Positions 48,166-59,521 of a stretch of 64,000 bases of DNA are shown one piece after another; positions within the stretch are counted from its first letter, which is position 1, and each line of letters starts with the position of its first letter. Source of the DNA: Ideonella sp. (GTDB lineage: Bacteria; Pseudomonadota; Gammaproteobacteria; Burkholderiales; Burkholderiaceae_C); NCBI GenBank assembly GCA_016702655.1, contig JADJDO010000020.1:43627-107626 (forward strand), in the 5' to 3' direction. The notes under the pieces were generated by a model. That model ran no database searches, had not been told where the DNA came from, and saw only the letters and a list, made by a program, of their open reading frames with translations. Both the position numbers and the translations under genes were made by a program.

Positions 48166-49332
48166 ATGACTGAGATTTCCAAACGCAAGCTGATCAAGAC
48201 CGCCGGCTGGAGCGTGCTCGCTGCCGCGGCCGCGCTCGCCGGATGCGGCAAGAAGGAGGAAGCCGCGCCCGCTGCGGCACCGGCGCCGGCTTCGGCACCT
48301 GCATCGGCCGCGGCCGCCAAGCCCGAACCGCTGAAGGTCGCCTTCCTCTACATCGGCCCGGTCGGCGACGGCGGCTGGACCTTCGCCCACGACAACGGCC
48401 GCAAGGCGGTGGAAAAGCAGTTCGGCGACAAGGTCGTCACGACCTTCGTCGAGAAGGTGCCCGAGTCGGCGGACGCCGAACGCGTGCTGCGCGACGTGGC
48501 GAGCCAGGGCAACAAGCTGATCTTCGGCACCACCTTCGGCTACATGGAGCCGATGCTCAAGACCGCGGCCGACCTGAAGGACGTGAAGTTCGAGCATGCG
48601 ACCGGCTACAAGACCGCGGAGAACATGCGCACCTACGACAGCCGCACCTACGAGGGCGCGTACATGGCGGGCGTGATCGCGGGCGGCATGACCAAGACCA
48701 ACACGCTGGGCGTCGTCGGCTCGATCCCGATTCCGGAAGTGATCCGCAACATCAACAGCTTCACGCTCGGCGCGCAGTCGGTCAATCCGAAGGTCAAGAC
48801 CAAGGTCGTGTGGGTCAACGAATGGTTCAACCCGCCCAAGGAAACCGAGGCCGCGCAGTCGCTGATGAACGGCGGCGCCGACGTGCTGATGCAGAACACC
48901 GACTCGTCGGCCGTGCTGCAGACGGCCGAGAAGGCAGGCAAGTACGCGTTCGGCTGGGACAGCGACATGCAGTCCTACGCGCCGAACGCGCACCTCGCGT
49001 CGGCGGTCATCAACTGGGGCCCTTACTACGTCAAGGCGGTCCAGGACATGCTCGACAACAAGTGGAGCACGGGCCAGAGCTGGTGGGGCGTCAAGGAGGG
49101 CGCGATCGACCTCGTGTCGATTTCCGACAAGGTGCCCGCCGAGCTCAAGGCCAAGGCCGAGGCCGCAAAGGCCGGCCTGAAGGACGGCAGCCTCGTGATC
49201 TGGAAAGGCCCGATCGTCGGCCAGGACGGCAAGGAGGTGCTGAAGAAGGACGAAGTGGCCGACGACAAGTTCCTTGGCGGCATCAAGTTCTACGTCAAGG
49301 GCGTCGAAGGCAAGGTGCCGGGCGACAAGTAG
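48166..49332 (+). CDS. BMP-family (PnrA-like) ABC substrate-binding lipoprotein
   Basis: Lipobox LAGCG with an Ala/Pro linker, then a BMP fold (VAFLYIGPVGDGGWTFAHD..., IFGTTFGYM). Confidence 0.9.
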   Translation: MTEISKRKLIKTAGWSVLAAAAALAGCGKKEEAAPAAAPAPASAPASAAAAKPEPLKVAFLYIGPVGDGGWTFAHDNGRKAVEKQFGDKVVTTFVEKVPESADAERVLRDVASQGNKLIFGTTFGYMEPMLKTAADLKDVKFEHATGYKTAENMRTYDSRTYEGAYMAGVIAGGMTKTNTLGVVGSIPIPEVIRNINSFTLGAQSVNPKVKTKVVWVNEWFNPPKETEAAQSLMNGGADVLMQNTDSSAVLQTAEKAGKYAFGWDSDMQSYAPNAHLASAVINWGPYYVKAVQDMLDNKWSTGQSWWGVKEGAIDLVSISDKVPAELKAKAEAAKAGLKDGSLVIWKGPIVGQDGKEVLKKDEVADDKFLGGIKFYVKGVEGKVPGDK

Positions 49333-49477
49333 GTCGGCTACTGCGCGGACGCCATGCGTCGTTGCGCGGTGTTGGCTCCGGCATCACATGCACCTGCGGT
49401 GCATATGAGCCTCGCCGCTGCGGGCGCAGTCGGAATCCTCACGTACGCCAAGTACGTTGCGGTTCCTGCGCTCCTAG

Positions 49478-50611
<1,134 letters not shown>

Positions 50612-50623
50612 GGAGGACGCACC

Positions 50624-51394
50624 ATGCTGGAACTGCTCACGTCGCCGCAGGCCTGGATCGCGTTCGGCACGCTGACCGCGCTCGAGCTCGTGCTCGGCAT
50701 CGACAACATCATCTTCATCTCGATCCTGGTCGACAAGCTGCCGCACGCGCAGCGCCCGTTGGCGCGCCGGCTTGGCCTCTTCATGGCGATGTTCATGCGC
50801 GTCGGGCTGCTGCTCGTGCTGGCCTGGATCGTCGGCCTCGTGGCGCCGCTGTTCACGGTGCTCGGCCAGGAGATCTCGGGGCGCGACCTGATCCTGATCC
50901 TCGGCGGCCTGTTCCTGATCTGGAAGAGCACGGGCGAGATTCATCAGTCGCTGGAGGGCGAGGAGGGCCACTCGTCGAGTGCCGTCAAGGCGACCTTCAC
51001 GGCCGTGATCCTGCAGATCATGGTCGTCGACATCGTGTTCTCGCTCGACTCCATCATCACCGCGGTGGGCATGGTCGACGACGTGCGCGTGATGATCGCC
51101 GCGGTCGTGGCCTCGGTCGGGCTGATGATGCTGTTCGCGGGCGCGATCGGGCAATTCGTGTCGGACCACCCGACGATAAAGATGCTCGCGCTGTCGTTCC
51201 TGGTCGTCGTCGGCGTGGTGCTGATCGCCGAGGGCTTCGACAACCACGTGCCCAAGGGCTACGTCTACTTCGCAATGGCGTTCTCGGTCACGGTCGAGAT
51301 GCTCAACATCCGCATGCGCAGGCGCGGAAAGAAAACGGCGCACCTGAGTGCGCCGTATGTTCGCGAGGCAGGCGAGCCGCCGCAACGGCCCTGA
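50624..51394 (+). CDS. TerC-family integral membrane protein
   Basis: LELVLGIDNIIFISIL and a second DSIITAVGM motif. Confidence 0.9.
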   Translation: MLELLTSPQAWIAFGTLTALELVLGIDNIIFISILVDKLPHAQRPLARRLGLFMAMFMRVGLLLVLAWIVGLVAPLFTVLGQEISGRDLILILGGLFLIWKSTGEIHQSLEGEEGHSSSAVKATFTAVILQIMVVDIVFSLDSIITAVGMVDDVRVMIAAVVASVGLMMLFAGAIGQFVSDHPTIKMLALSFLVVVGVVLIAEGFDNHVPKGYVYFAMAFSVTVEMLNIRMRRRGKKTAHLSAPYVREAGEPPQRP

Positions 51395-51409
51395 AGGCTG
51401 CGCCTGGCG

Positions 51410-52099
51410 CTACTTGGCCATCGTCTTGAGCGCGCCCTGCAGCGGCGCGGCGGCCGGGTTGCTGACGTTTTGCTTGACCAGGATGTCGACCGGCGTCACC
51501 GGCTTGCCGTAGTAGGCCGCGTTCAGGCTTTCGCGGACCGCGATCACCTGCCCGTTGAGCGACATGTTGGCGTAGGCGCCCTTGGACTTGGAGTAGGAGA
51601 CGAAGTCTTCGGTGAAGGTCGAGGTCGCGCCCGCGCCCTTGGGGCCGACGGCGATCGAGGCGTCGCCGCCGAGCTTGACCTTGGTCGACAGCAGCGAGTC
51701 GAGCGCTTTCTGGGTGTTGACGACGAGCATCGTCTCGGCCGCGGCGCCACCGGCCAGGAAGCCGAGGCTCACGCCGCCCATCGAGTAGAACGCCGGCGCG
51801 CTGAAGGCGCCGGTCTTGGCGTCGCGAACGAGCAGCACGCCGGTGCCGCCCGAGCCGCCGATGATGAAGCCGCCCTCGACGATCAGCGGATAGACGAGCA
51901 CGCCCTTGGCCTTCTTCAGCAATGCCGGCAGTGCGACATAGTCCTTGTCGGCGGCGAAGGCATTGACCGTTGCGGTGGCCTTGTCGACGACGCCCTTGGC
52001 GTCGCTCGCGTCGTCGGCGCGCGCGGGCAGGCTGGCGAATGCCGTGGCGACCGCGATGGCGGTGCCGAGGAGGGCGAACTGGCGACGGGTCTGGCTCAT
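51410..52099 (-). CDS. SYLF (Ysc84/DUF500) lipid-binding domain protein, secreted
   Basis: 229 aa. Signal peptide, then GGFIIGGSGGTGVLL, PAFYSMGGVSLGF and GDASIAVGPKGAG. This is the C-terminal part of long ORF 51410..53242. Confidence 0.8.
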   Translation of the reverse strand: MSQTRRQFALLGTAIAVATAFASLPARADDASDAKGVVDKATATVNAFAADKDYVALPALLKKAKGVLVYPLIVEGGFIIGGSGGTGVLLVRDAKTGAFSAPAFYSMGGVSLGFLAGGAAAETMLVVNTQKALDSLLSTKVKLGGDASIAVGPKGAGATSTFTEDFVSYSKSKGAYANMSLNGQVIAVRESLNAAYYGKPVTPVDILVKQNVSNPAAAPLQGALKTMAK

Positions 52100-52294
52100 G
52101 GAAGTTCCTCGTTGAGCACCGCGGCGGCGGTGCGTTCGTTGCTGATGGAAGTTGTGCCGACGGGGGTTCTGGCCGGCGCAGGGGGCGGATTCTAAGCCCG
52201 CGCGCCGCGCGCTGCCTACAATCTCGCCCTCGCCCGCCCGGCGTGCCACCGCCGGGTCGAGACAGGGCGCTACGTGGCCATGTAGAGGAACACC

Positions 52295-53377
52295 ATGCTC
52301 AAAAACCTCGCCCGCGGGCTGCTGCCCGCGCTCCTGTGCTGCACCGCGCTGGGCGCCGGCGCCCCCCCCGATCCGCTCAAGGTCGGCTTCGTCTACGTGA
52401 GCCCGGTCGGCGAGGCCGGCTGGAGCTACCAGCACGACCTTGGCCGGCGCGCGATGCAGCAGGCACTCGGCCCTCAGGTGCGCACGACGATCGTCGAAGC
52501 AGTGGCCGAAGGGCCGGACGCCGAGCGCGTGCTGCGCGACCTCGCGCGCCAGGGCCACAAGTTGATCTTCGCGACCAGCTTCGGCTACCTCGAGCCTGCG
52601 CTGCGCGTCGGCGCCGAGTTCCCGGCGGTCGCCTTCGAGCAGACCGGCGGCTACAAGACCGCGGGCAACGTCAACACCTACAACGCGCGCTACTACGAGG
52701 CGCGCTACCTCGCCGGGCTGCTCGCCGGCAAGGTGAGCAGGAGCGGGGTGGCCGGCTACGTGGCGGGCTTTCCGGTGCCCGAGGTGCTGCAGGGCATCAA
52801 CGCCTTCACGCTCGGCATGCGCGCCGCCAATCCGAAGGCGAGCGTGAAGGTGGTCTGGCTCGACACCTGGTTCGACCCGGCGCGCGAGCGCGAGGCCGCG
52901 AACGCCCTCGTCAACCAGGGCGCCGATGTCCTGACGAATCACAGCGCATCGACCGCGGTCGCGCAGGCGGCCGAGGAGCGCCGCGTCGGCCTCGTCGCCT
53001 ACCAGAGTGACATGCGCAAACTTGCGCCACACGCGCAGCTGACCGCGATCACCCACGAGTGGGGCGGCTACTACACCCAGGTCGCGCGCCAAGTGATCGC
53101 CGGCACCTGGATGGTCGCGCCGGTCTGGGGCGGCATGAAGGACGGCTTCGTGCGCCTGGCCACGTTCGGTGCGAACGTGCCCAAGGACGTGGCGGCGTTC
53201 GTCGCGCAGCGCGAGGCCGATCTCGTCGCCGGTCGGCTGCACCCGTTCGGCGGCCGCATCGTCGACAGCAGCGGACGCGAGCGCCAGGCTGCGGGGACGA
53301 AGACGATGGCCGACGCGCAGATCCAGGCCATGGACTACTTCGTCGAGGGCGTGGCGGGCACGCTGCCTCCGCGCTGA
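52295..53377 (+). CDS. Second BMP-family substrate-binding protein (orphan, no adjacent permeases)
   Basis: Signal peptide plus BMP fold ([19 protein letters not shown]..., IFATSFGYL). Confidence 0.85.
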   Translation: MLKNLARGLLPALLCCTALGAGAPPDPLKVGFVYVSPVGEAGWSYQHDLGRRAMQQALGPQVRTTIVEAVAEGPDAERVLRDLARQGHKLIFATSFGYLEPALRVGAEFPAVAFEQTGGYKTAGNVNTYNARYYEARYLAGLLAGKVSRSGVAGYVAGFPVPEVLQGINAFTLGMRAANPKASVKVVWLDTWFDPAREREAANALVNQGADVLTNHSASTAVAQAAEERRVGLVAYQSDMRKLAPHAQLTAITHEWGGYYTQVARQVIAGTWMVAPVWGGMKDGFVRLATFGANVPKDVAAFVAQREADLVAGRLHPFGGRIVDSSGRERQAAGTKTMADAQIQAMDYFVEGVAGTLPPR

Positions 53378-53481
53378 CGGCGGCTGCGCAGCGCGGTTCA
53401 GCCCGTGTTGCGCAGCCCGGCGGCGATGCTCTTGATCGACGCCGCCCGCGGCTCTTCGAAGCGCCTGCTAGCATCTTCGTC

Positions 53482-54420
53482 ATGGACGAGACGACCCTGA
53501 TCGCGACGCGCGAAAGCCGCCTGGCGCTGTGGCAGGCCGAGCATGTGCAGGCGCTGCTCGCGCAGACCTTCGGCATGCCCGTCGGACTGCTCGGCATGAC
53601 GACGCGCGGCGACCAGATCCTCGACCGTGCGCTCGCCAAGGTCGGCGGCAAGGGCCTGTTCGTCAAGGAGCTCGAGACGGCGCTCGAGCAAGGGCGCGCG
53701 CAGCTCGCCGTGCACTCGCTCAAGGACGTGCCGATGGAGCTGCCCGCGGGCTTCGTGCTTGCCGCGGTGCTCGAGCGCGAGGACCCGCGCGACGCCTTCG
53801 TCTCGAGCCGCTACGACGGCCTGGCCGCGCTGCCGCAGGGCGCGCGTGTCGGCACGTCGAGCCTGCGCCGCGTGGTGCAACTGCTTGCGCGCCGGCCCGA
53901 CCTGCAGGTGCTGCCGCTGCGCGGCAACCTCGACACGCGCCTGCGCAAGCTCGACGAGGGCGAGTACGACGCGATCGTGCTCGCCGCTGCCGGCTTGAAG
54001 CGCCTCGGCCTCGCGGCGCGCATCCGTGCCGTGTTCGAGCCCGAGGCGATGCTGCCGGCGGCCGGCCAGGGCGCGCTCGGGATCGAGGTGCGCAGCGATG
54101 CCGCCGAGCTGCGCGCGCAGCTCGCCGCGCTCACGCACCGGCCGACCTGGCTTGCCGTGCACGCCGAGCGCGCCGTGTCGCGCAGCCTTGCCGGCAGTTG
54201 CAGCATGCCGCTGGCGGCGCATGCGCGCTGGCAGGGCAGCCTGCTGCGCGTCGACACCCTGCTCGGCCATCCGCAGCAGGCCGCGCTGCCGCTGCTGCGT
54301 GCGAGCGCCGAGGCGCCGGTGGCCGACGAGGCTGCGGCCGAGGCGCTCGGCGAGCGCGCTGCGGCGCTGCTGCGCGAGCAGGGCGCCGCGCCCTATCTGC
54401 AGGCGGCCGCGGCGGCCTGA
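53482..54420 (+). CDS. hemC: Hydroxymethylbilane synthase (porphobilinogen deaminase)
   Basis: [35 protein letters not shown] and [11 protein letters not shown]. Confidence 0.95.
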   Translation: MDETTLIATRESRLALWQAEHVQALLAQTFGMPVGLLGMTTRGDQILDRALAKVGGKGLFVKELETALEQGRAQLAVHSLKDVPMELPAGFVLAAVLEREDPRDAFVSSRYDGLAALPQGARVGTSSLRRVVQLLARRPDLQVLPLRGNLDTRLRKLDEGEYDAIVLAAAGLKRLGLAARIRAVFEPEAMLPAAGQGALGIEVRSDAAELRAQLAALTHRPTWLAVHAERAVSRSLAGSCSMPLAAHARWQGSLLRVDTLLGHPQQAALPLLRASAEAPVADEAAAEALGERAAALLREQGAAPYLQAAAAA

Positions 54421-54455
54421 CGGCAACGCGCGTTCGGCTCGAAGTCCCGACCCCG

Positions 54456-55217
54456 ATGCGCGCCATCGTCACCCGCCCCGCGGCGCAGGCGGCAGGCTGG
54501 GTCGCCAGGCTGCGCGACGCCGGACACGACGCGGTTGCGCTGCCCTTGATCGCGATCGCGCCGGCGCCCGACCCGGCGCCGGTGCAGGCCGCCTGGCGCA
54601 GCCTGGCCGCGCGGCGCCTGGCGGTGTTCGTGAGCCCGAATGCAGCCGCGCAGTTCCTTGCCGCGCGCCCGGCAGACCTGGCCTGGCCGGCGGCCACGCT
54701 GGCCGGGTCGACCGGGCCGGGGACGTCGCTCGCGCTGCGCGAGCAAGGCGTGCCGCCGGGCTGCATCGTCGAGCCTGGCGCCGACGCACCGCAGTTCGAC
54801 TCCGAGGCCCTGTGGGCGCGCTTGCGCGACCGCGACTGGCAAGGCGCGCAGGTGCTGATCGTGCGCGGCGACGGCGGCCGCGAATGGCTGGCCGAGACGC
54901 TGCGCGCGCAGGGCGCATCGGTTGCGCTGCTGGCCGCCTATCGGCGCTGCGTGCCTGAGCTCGACGCGCGCGAGCGGGCCCTGCTCGGCGAGGCCTTGCG
55001 CGCGCCGCGCGCGCATGTGTGGCTGTTCAGCAGCTCGGAGGCGATCGACAACCTTGGCGCGCTGGCGGGCGCGGGCGTCGACTGGTCGCAGGCGCGCGCG
55101 GTGGCAACGCATGCACGCATCGCGGCCCGCGCGCAACAGCTGGGGCTGGGGCAGGTTGAGCTGGCACGGCCGACGCTGGCCGCGGTGAGTGCCTGCATAC
55201 AATCGCTGCCACCGTGA
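54456..55217 (+). CDS. hemD: Uroporphyrinogen-III synthase
   Basis: 253 aa with a HemD-like pattern (IVTRP...LPLI...FVSPNA) in the hemC-D-X-Y order. Confidence 0.8.
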   Translation: MRAIVTRPAAQAAGWVARLRDAGHDAVALPLIAIAPAPDPAPVQAAWRSLAARRLAVFVSPNAAAQFLAARPADLAWPAATLAGSTGPGTSLALREQGVPPGCIVEPGADAPQFDSEALWARLRDRDWQGAQVLIVRGDGGREWLAETLRAQGASVALLAAYRRCVPELDARERALLGEALRAPRAHVWLFSSSEAIDNLGALAGAGVDWSQARAVATHARIAARAQQLGLGQVELARPTLAAVSACIQSLPP

Positions 55218-56260
55218 ACGAGTCCGACGCGACCTCCGACAGTGCAGCCTCGGCGCCATCGGCGCCTGCTGCAGCGACGCCGGCGGATCGGCGCGCGCAG
55301 CAAGTCTGGATCGCGATCGCCCTGCTCGCCGCGGCTTGCGCTGCGGCAATCGTGTTCGCCTGGCAGACGCAGCGCCGTGTGCAGGAGCTCGAGCAGGAGC
55401 TGGTGCGCCGCCAGGCCGACTCGCAGACCCAGGCCGCCGAGGCGCAGATGCTCGCCAAGCAAGCCCAGGACGCAGCGCGCGAGACGGTCGCCAAGCAGGC
55501 CCTGCTCGAGGCGCGCGTGTCCGAGGTGGCGGTGCAGCGGGGGCAGATCGAGGAGCTGATCCAGAGCCTTTCGCGCTCGCGCGACGAGAACATCCTGGTC
55601 GACATCGATTCGGCGCTGCGCGTCGCGATGCAGCAATCGGCGCTGACCGGCAGCGCCGAGCCGCTGGTCGCCGCGCTCAGGCAGGCCGACGAGCGCCTGG
55701 CGCGCTACAGCCAGCCGCGCCTCGAAGGCGTGCGGCGCGCGATCGCGCGCGACCTCGACCGTGTCAAGGCACTCGGCGTGGCCGACGTGGCCGCGCTCAC
55801 GATCAAGGTCGACGAGGCGGTGCGCATGATCGACGAGATGCCGCTGTTGTCGCAGACCGAGCCGCGCAAGGAGGCGCCGCGCGCCGCAGGCGCCGCCGCG
55901 TCGGCAGCCCGGGCCGCCCAGCGCGCGGCCTCTGCGGCCAGCAGCGCCGACGCCGCCCTGCCGGCCTGGCTGCAGCCCTGGCTGGCGCGCTGGGATGCGC
56001 TCACCGAGCGCGTATGGAACGAGGCGCGGTCGCTGCTGCGCGTGACGCGCATCGACCAGCCCGAGGCGATGCTGCTCGCGCCCGAACAGGCCTACTTCCT
56101 GCGCGAGAACCTCAAGCTGCGCCTGCTCAACGCGCGCCTGGCGCTGCTGGCGCGCCAGTTCGACACCGCGCAGGCCGACCTGCAGAGCGCGCTCGGCGCG
56201 GTGGAGCGCTACTTCGACCGCAGTTCGCGCCGTACCCAGCTCACCGCCGAGGGCCGCTGA
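55214..56260 (+). CDS. hemX: HemX-like membrane-anchored protein (annotated in databases as uroporphyrinogen-III C-methyltransferase)
   Basis: GTG start overlapping the hemD stop. One TM segment followed by a coiled-coil region. Position after hemD. Confidence 0.75.
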   Translation: MNESDATSDSAASAPSAPAAATPADRRAQQVWIAIALLAAACAAAIVFAWQTQRRVQELEQELVRRQADSQTQAAEAQMLAKQAQDAARETVAKQALLEARVSEVAVQRGQIEELIQSLSRSRDENILVDIDSALRVAMQQSALTGSAEPLVAALRQADERLARYSQPRLEGVRRAIARDLDRVKALGVADVAALTIKVDEAVRMIDEMPLLSQTEPRKEAPRAAGAAASAARAAQRAASAASSADAALPAWLQPWLARWDALTERVWNEARSLLRVTRIDQPEAMLLAPEQAYFLRENLKLRLLNARLALLARQFDTAQADLQSALGAVERYFDRSSRRTQLTAEGR

Positions 56261-56283
56261 ACCAGTTTCATCGGGTCTGCACC

Positions 56284-57531
56284 GTGCGCGCGGTCATCTG
56301 GTTCACGCTGCTGTTCGCGGTGGCCGTGGTCGCCGCGACGACGCTCGGCACCAACGACGGGCTGGTCAGCGTGTACTGGGGCGGCTGGCGCATGGACCTG
56401 TCGCTCAACCTCGCGCTGCTCGTGCTGGTCGGGGGGTGCTTCGCGCTCGTCACGCTGATCCAGGGCGTCAACGCGCTCGTCGGCTTGCCGCGGCGTGCGC
56501 ATGAATGGCGCATCGCGCGCCGCGACCGCAGCGCGCAGGCCTGGCTGCGCGACGCGCTGGCACAGTACTTCGGCGGCCGCTACAGCCGCGCCCACCGCGC
56601 CGCGCAGCGCGCGCTCGAGATCCAGTCCGACACGCCCGAACTGGCGCAGGACAACGAGTTCACCGTGCTCGGCCACCTGCTCGCCGCGGGCAGCCTGCAC
56701 CGCCTGCAGGATCGCCCGCAGCGCGACGAGCAGCTCGCGCGCGCGCTCGACCTCGCGCGCCACAGCGCCGCCGCGCGCTCGGCCGAGGAGGGTGCGCGCA
56801 TGCTCGCCGCCGAGTGGGCGCTCGACGACCGCAACGCGTCGCGCGCGCTTGAACTGCTGGCCGACCTGCCGCCCGGCGTCGGGCGCCGCACCCACGCGCT
56901 GCGCCTGAAGCTGCAGGCCGCGCGCCTTGCGCGCCAGCCGCAGGAGGCGCTGCGCACGGCGCGCCTGCTCGCCAAGCACCAGGGCTTCTCGAAGGAGGCC
57001 GCGCTCGGCCTGCTGCGCTCGCTCGCCTTCGAGGCGCTCGACGCCGGGCGCGACGCCGACCAGGTGCGCCGCATCTGGCAGCAGCTCGACGTCGCCGACC
57101 GGCGCGACCCGGCCGTTGCCGCGCGCGGCGCGACGCGCCTGGCCCTGCTCGGCGCCGCGGAAGAAGGCCGGCAGTGGCTGCGCCCGTTCTGGGATTCGCT
57201 GGGCGAGGTTGCCGCCGACGATCGCGAGGCGCTCGCGAACGGCCTCGTCGCGTGCGTGGCGGGCATCGGTGCCGACTGGCTGCCGCGCCTCGAGTCGGCC
57301 TGGCAGGCCCTTCCACGCGACGGCGCAATCGCCTTTGCCGTCGGCTGCGCGCTGGCCGAATGCGGGCTCTGGGGCAAGGCGCAGCAGGCGCTGCAGCAGG
57401 CCGCCGACGACGAGACGCTGCCCAAGCCTTCGCGCCGCCGCGCCTGGCGCCAATTGGCCGAGCTGGCGCAGCAGCAGGGGGATGCCGATCGCGCGGCACA
57501 GTGCTACGCGGCGGCGGCGCAGATCGGTTGA
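56284..57531 (+). CDS. hemY: HemY N-terminal-domain/TPR protein
   Basis: Two N-terminal TM segments (VIWFTLLFAVAVVAATTLG...), then TPR-like helices. Tentative GTG start. Confidence 0.75.
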   Translation: MRAVIWFTLLFAVAVVAATTLGTNDGLVSVYWGGWRMDLSLNLALLVLVGGCFALVTLIQGVNALVGLPRRAHEWRIARRDRSAQAWLRDALAQYFGGRYSRAHRAAQRALEIQSDTPELAQDNEFTVLGHLLAAGSLHRLQDRPQRDEQLARALDLARHSAAARSAEEGARMLAAEWALDDRNASRALELLADLPPGVGRRTHALRLKLQAARLARQPQEALRTARLLAKHQGFSKEAALGLLRSLAFEALDAGRDADQVRRIWQQLDVADRRDPAVAARGATRLALLGAAEEGRQWLRPFWDSLGEVAADDREALANGLVACVAGIGADWLPRLESAWQALPRDGAIAFAVGCALAECGLWGKAQQALQQAADDETLPKPSRRRAWRQLAELAQQQGDADRAAQCYAAAAQIG

Positions 57532-57587
57532 GGCCACGCCGCGGGGCGCCGAAGGGTCAACCCGACAGTGGTAAACTTCGCACCTAC

Positions 57588-57661
57588 GCGGCTGTAGCTC
57601 AGCTGGATAGAGTACTTGGCTACGAACCAAGGGGTCGTGGGTTCGATTCCTGCCAGCCGCG
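57588..57661 (+). tRNA. tRNA-Arg (anticodon ACG), CCA not encoded
   Basis: Folds by hand: acceptor GCGGCTG/CAGCCGC, D arm GCTC-AGCTGGATA-GAGT, anticodon stem CTTGG/CCAAG with loop CTACGAA, T arm GTGGG-TTCGATT-CCTGC. Near-identical in layout to E. coli argV-type tRNA. Confidence 0.95.
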
Positions 57662-57769
57662 TGAGCGAGTTGGATCGGGAGGGGCCCCACGGGCTAATCC
57701 GGTTTGGTTTGGGGAACTTAGCCCTTAACAGCTGAGAGTGCAAATTGGCACTGAATGAAGGGCATGAGA

Positions 57770-59283
57770 TCAGCTGCGATCCATGGCGGGAATGATGCCG
57801 AAGGTCGTGAGGCGTTCGAAGGCCGCGATGGCCAGACGTCCCGCATGGGTGAGGTAGTAGCGATAGGCGTTGGCAGCGCGCTTGAGCAGACCGAGCACGC
57901 GCAGGCGGCGCACTTGGCGCGAGAGCCGCGAGGCCGAGAGCTCGGGCAGGAGCCGCATGAGATCGCATCGGGCCAGGCCATGGATGTTGAACTCGGGGCG
58001 CTGCACGGCGCGCATGAGGGCCTGGTGTTTGCGGTTTATAGTTCAAGCCCTTGAACGAGCGATCGCCGTCGGGCTTGGGATGGGTGATGCGCTCCGAGCA
58101 GGCGATGGCCGCTGCTTCCCGGCGGTCCGTCCAGGCTGGACAGGAACGCCAGGTAGCGTTCGTTGCAGCCCAGCAGGATCTCGCGCAGGTCCACGAGGCT
58201 GTAGATGGACTTCTTCAGCGGCGTGACCTCGCGCGTGGCACGACCGCTGCGATGTTCCACCTTGCGGTGGTGCTTGAAGAAGGAGACGTCGTTGGTGGTG
58301 GTCTCGATGCGCAGGATGCGGCCGAACTTGTCGTACAGCTTGACCGAACAGGAGCCGAACCTGTGCTTGATACAGGTGCCCTCGATGCGCGTGCTCAGGC
58401 GCGAGCCGATCTCGGCGGCCAGCTGCGGGGTGATCTTCTTGCCCAGGAAGGTGGCGACCTGCTCGGCCTTGACCGACAGGACGGCCTCGCGTGCGAGTTG
58501 CTGATACAGCGCAGCCAGGATCTGCTCGCTCTTGAAGACCAGGTCGGTCGAATACTCGGCCTGCATGATGCTCCAGTGGTAGGCCTGCCCGAAGACGTCC
58601 AGGACCGGGCAGCACAGCCGGGCATAGCGATCCAGGTGGCGGTGCAGCAGTTCGGGCTTGAAGGTGTCGGCAAGCTCCTGCGCACGGGCGAAATCGGCGA
58701 TGCGCACGAAGGCGTTGTCGGCCGCCGTGAAGTCGATGTCCTCGCGCATGAGTCGTCGGGTGAGCCAGCCGTGGCCGTTGCAATAGATCTGCAGCCGGAA
58801 TGGGCAGTAGGTGGGCACGCGTACATAGATCAGACCGAGTTCGCGGTCCATCCAGTAGAAGTAGTAGTGCAGGCACTTGGTGGTGTCGGGTCGCAGGAAC
58901 GTGCGGCCACTGGGCTTGTCGTGCCAGGGCTGGAAGGTCGCGCAGGCTTCCATCGCCGAGATGACGTGGACCAGCCCGGGCGCATCGCCGCGCGTGGCCA
59001 GCACCTTGGCCACCACGTCCTCCTTGCGGATGTGGGCCTTGGCGACATGTTCGATCGCCGCGCCATGCTCGGCGGCCAGCGCCTGTGCGTTGTGGCGAAT
59101 TCGCTCGCGCAGCGGCAACGCGAACTGCGGGTAGTCGAAGATGCGGATGCCCCGCGAGTGCAGGAAGCTCGTCATGCCGTCCGCAAAGCACGCACCCGGC
59201 AGCGTACCGATGATGACGATGCGGTCGTAGCAAGACAGCACGCCCCCCAGATTCCCGGAGTACCGCGCAGTCAGCAGATCCAT
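57770..59283 (-). pseudogene. Large conserved hypothetical protein (~503 aa if repaired) with a C-terminal winged-helix (MarR-like) domain. Two apparent +1 insertions
   Basis: The 415-aa ORF (58036..59283) and the 81-aa ORF (57770..58015: PEFNIHGLARCDLMRLLPELSASRLSRQVRRLRVLGLLKRAANAYRYYLTHAGR) are joined by a ~30-codon stretch readable only in the third frame (DRREAAAIACSERITHPKPDGDRSFKGLNY). The span is 1514 nt, which is 3n+2. Confidence 0.65.
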
Positions 59284-59521
59284 GTTGGCCTCCGCTTCGA
59301 TTTGCCGCGCCGCACCGAGAGGCTACTCTCCTGCTTGGTTCCGGCTCGTCCGGCTTAGGCAACCTTTCGGCGTCGCCGGGGATGGGCCCTCTAGAGGAGG
59401 CGCAACCACTTGTGAGGGCTATCCCAATCGATCTGTGACCTGACTTCACATATCCATTGATTCGTGTCTCATTGTCGTAGGCACGAGCCGAACGTAGCCT
59501 TCGCTACAGGAGACAAGGACG

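Noticed and set aside
50612-50623. A manganese (yybP-ykoY) riboswitch, which often precedes TerC-family genes.
   Set aside because: Only 12 nt separate the add stop from the TerC start, which leaves no room for a riboswitch.
59294-59312. CTTCGATTTGCCGCGCCGC resembles the tRNA-Arg 3' end (GTTCGATTCCTGCCAGCCGCG). It might be a distal att site enclosing the wHTH gene.
   Set aside because: Only ~7+4 contiguous matches with gaps, which is too weak to distinguish from chance in GC-rich DNA.
57662-59521. Possibility that the tRNA-adjacent gene is an insertion-sequence transposase.
   Set aside because: I compared both flanks by eye in both orientations. I found no terminal inverted repeats or target-site duplication, and no DDE-type motif.
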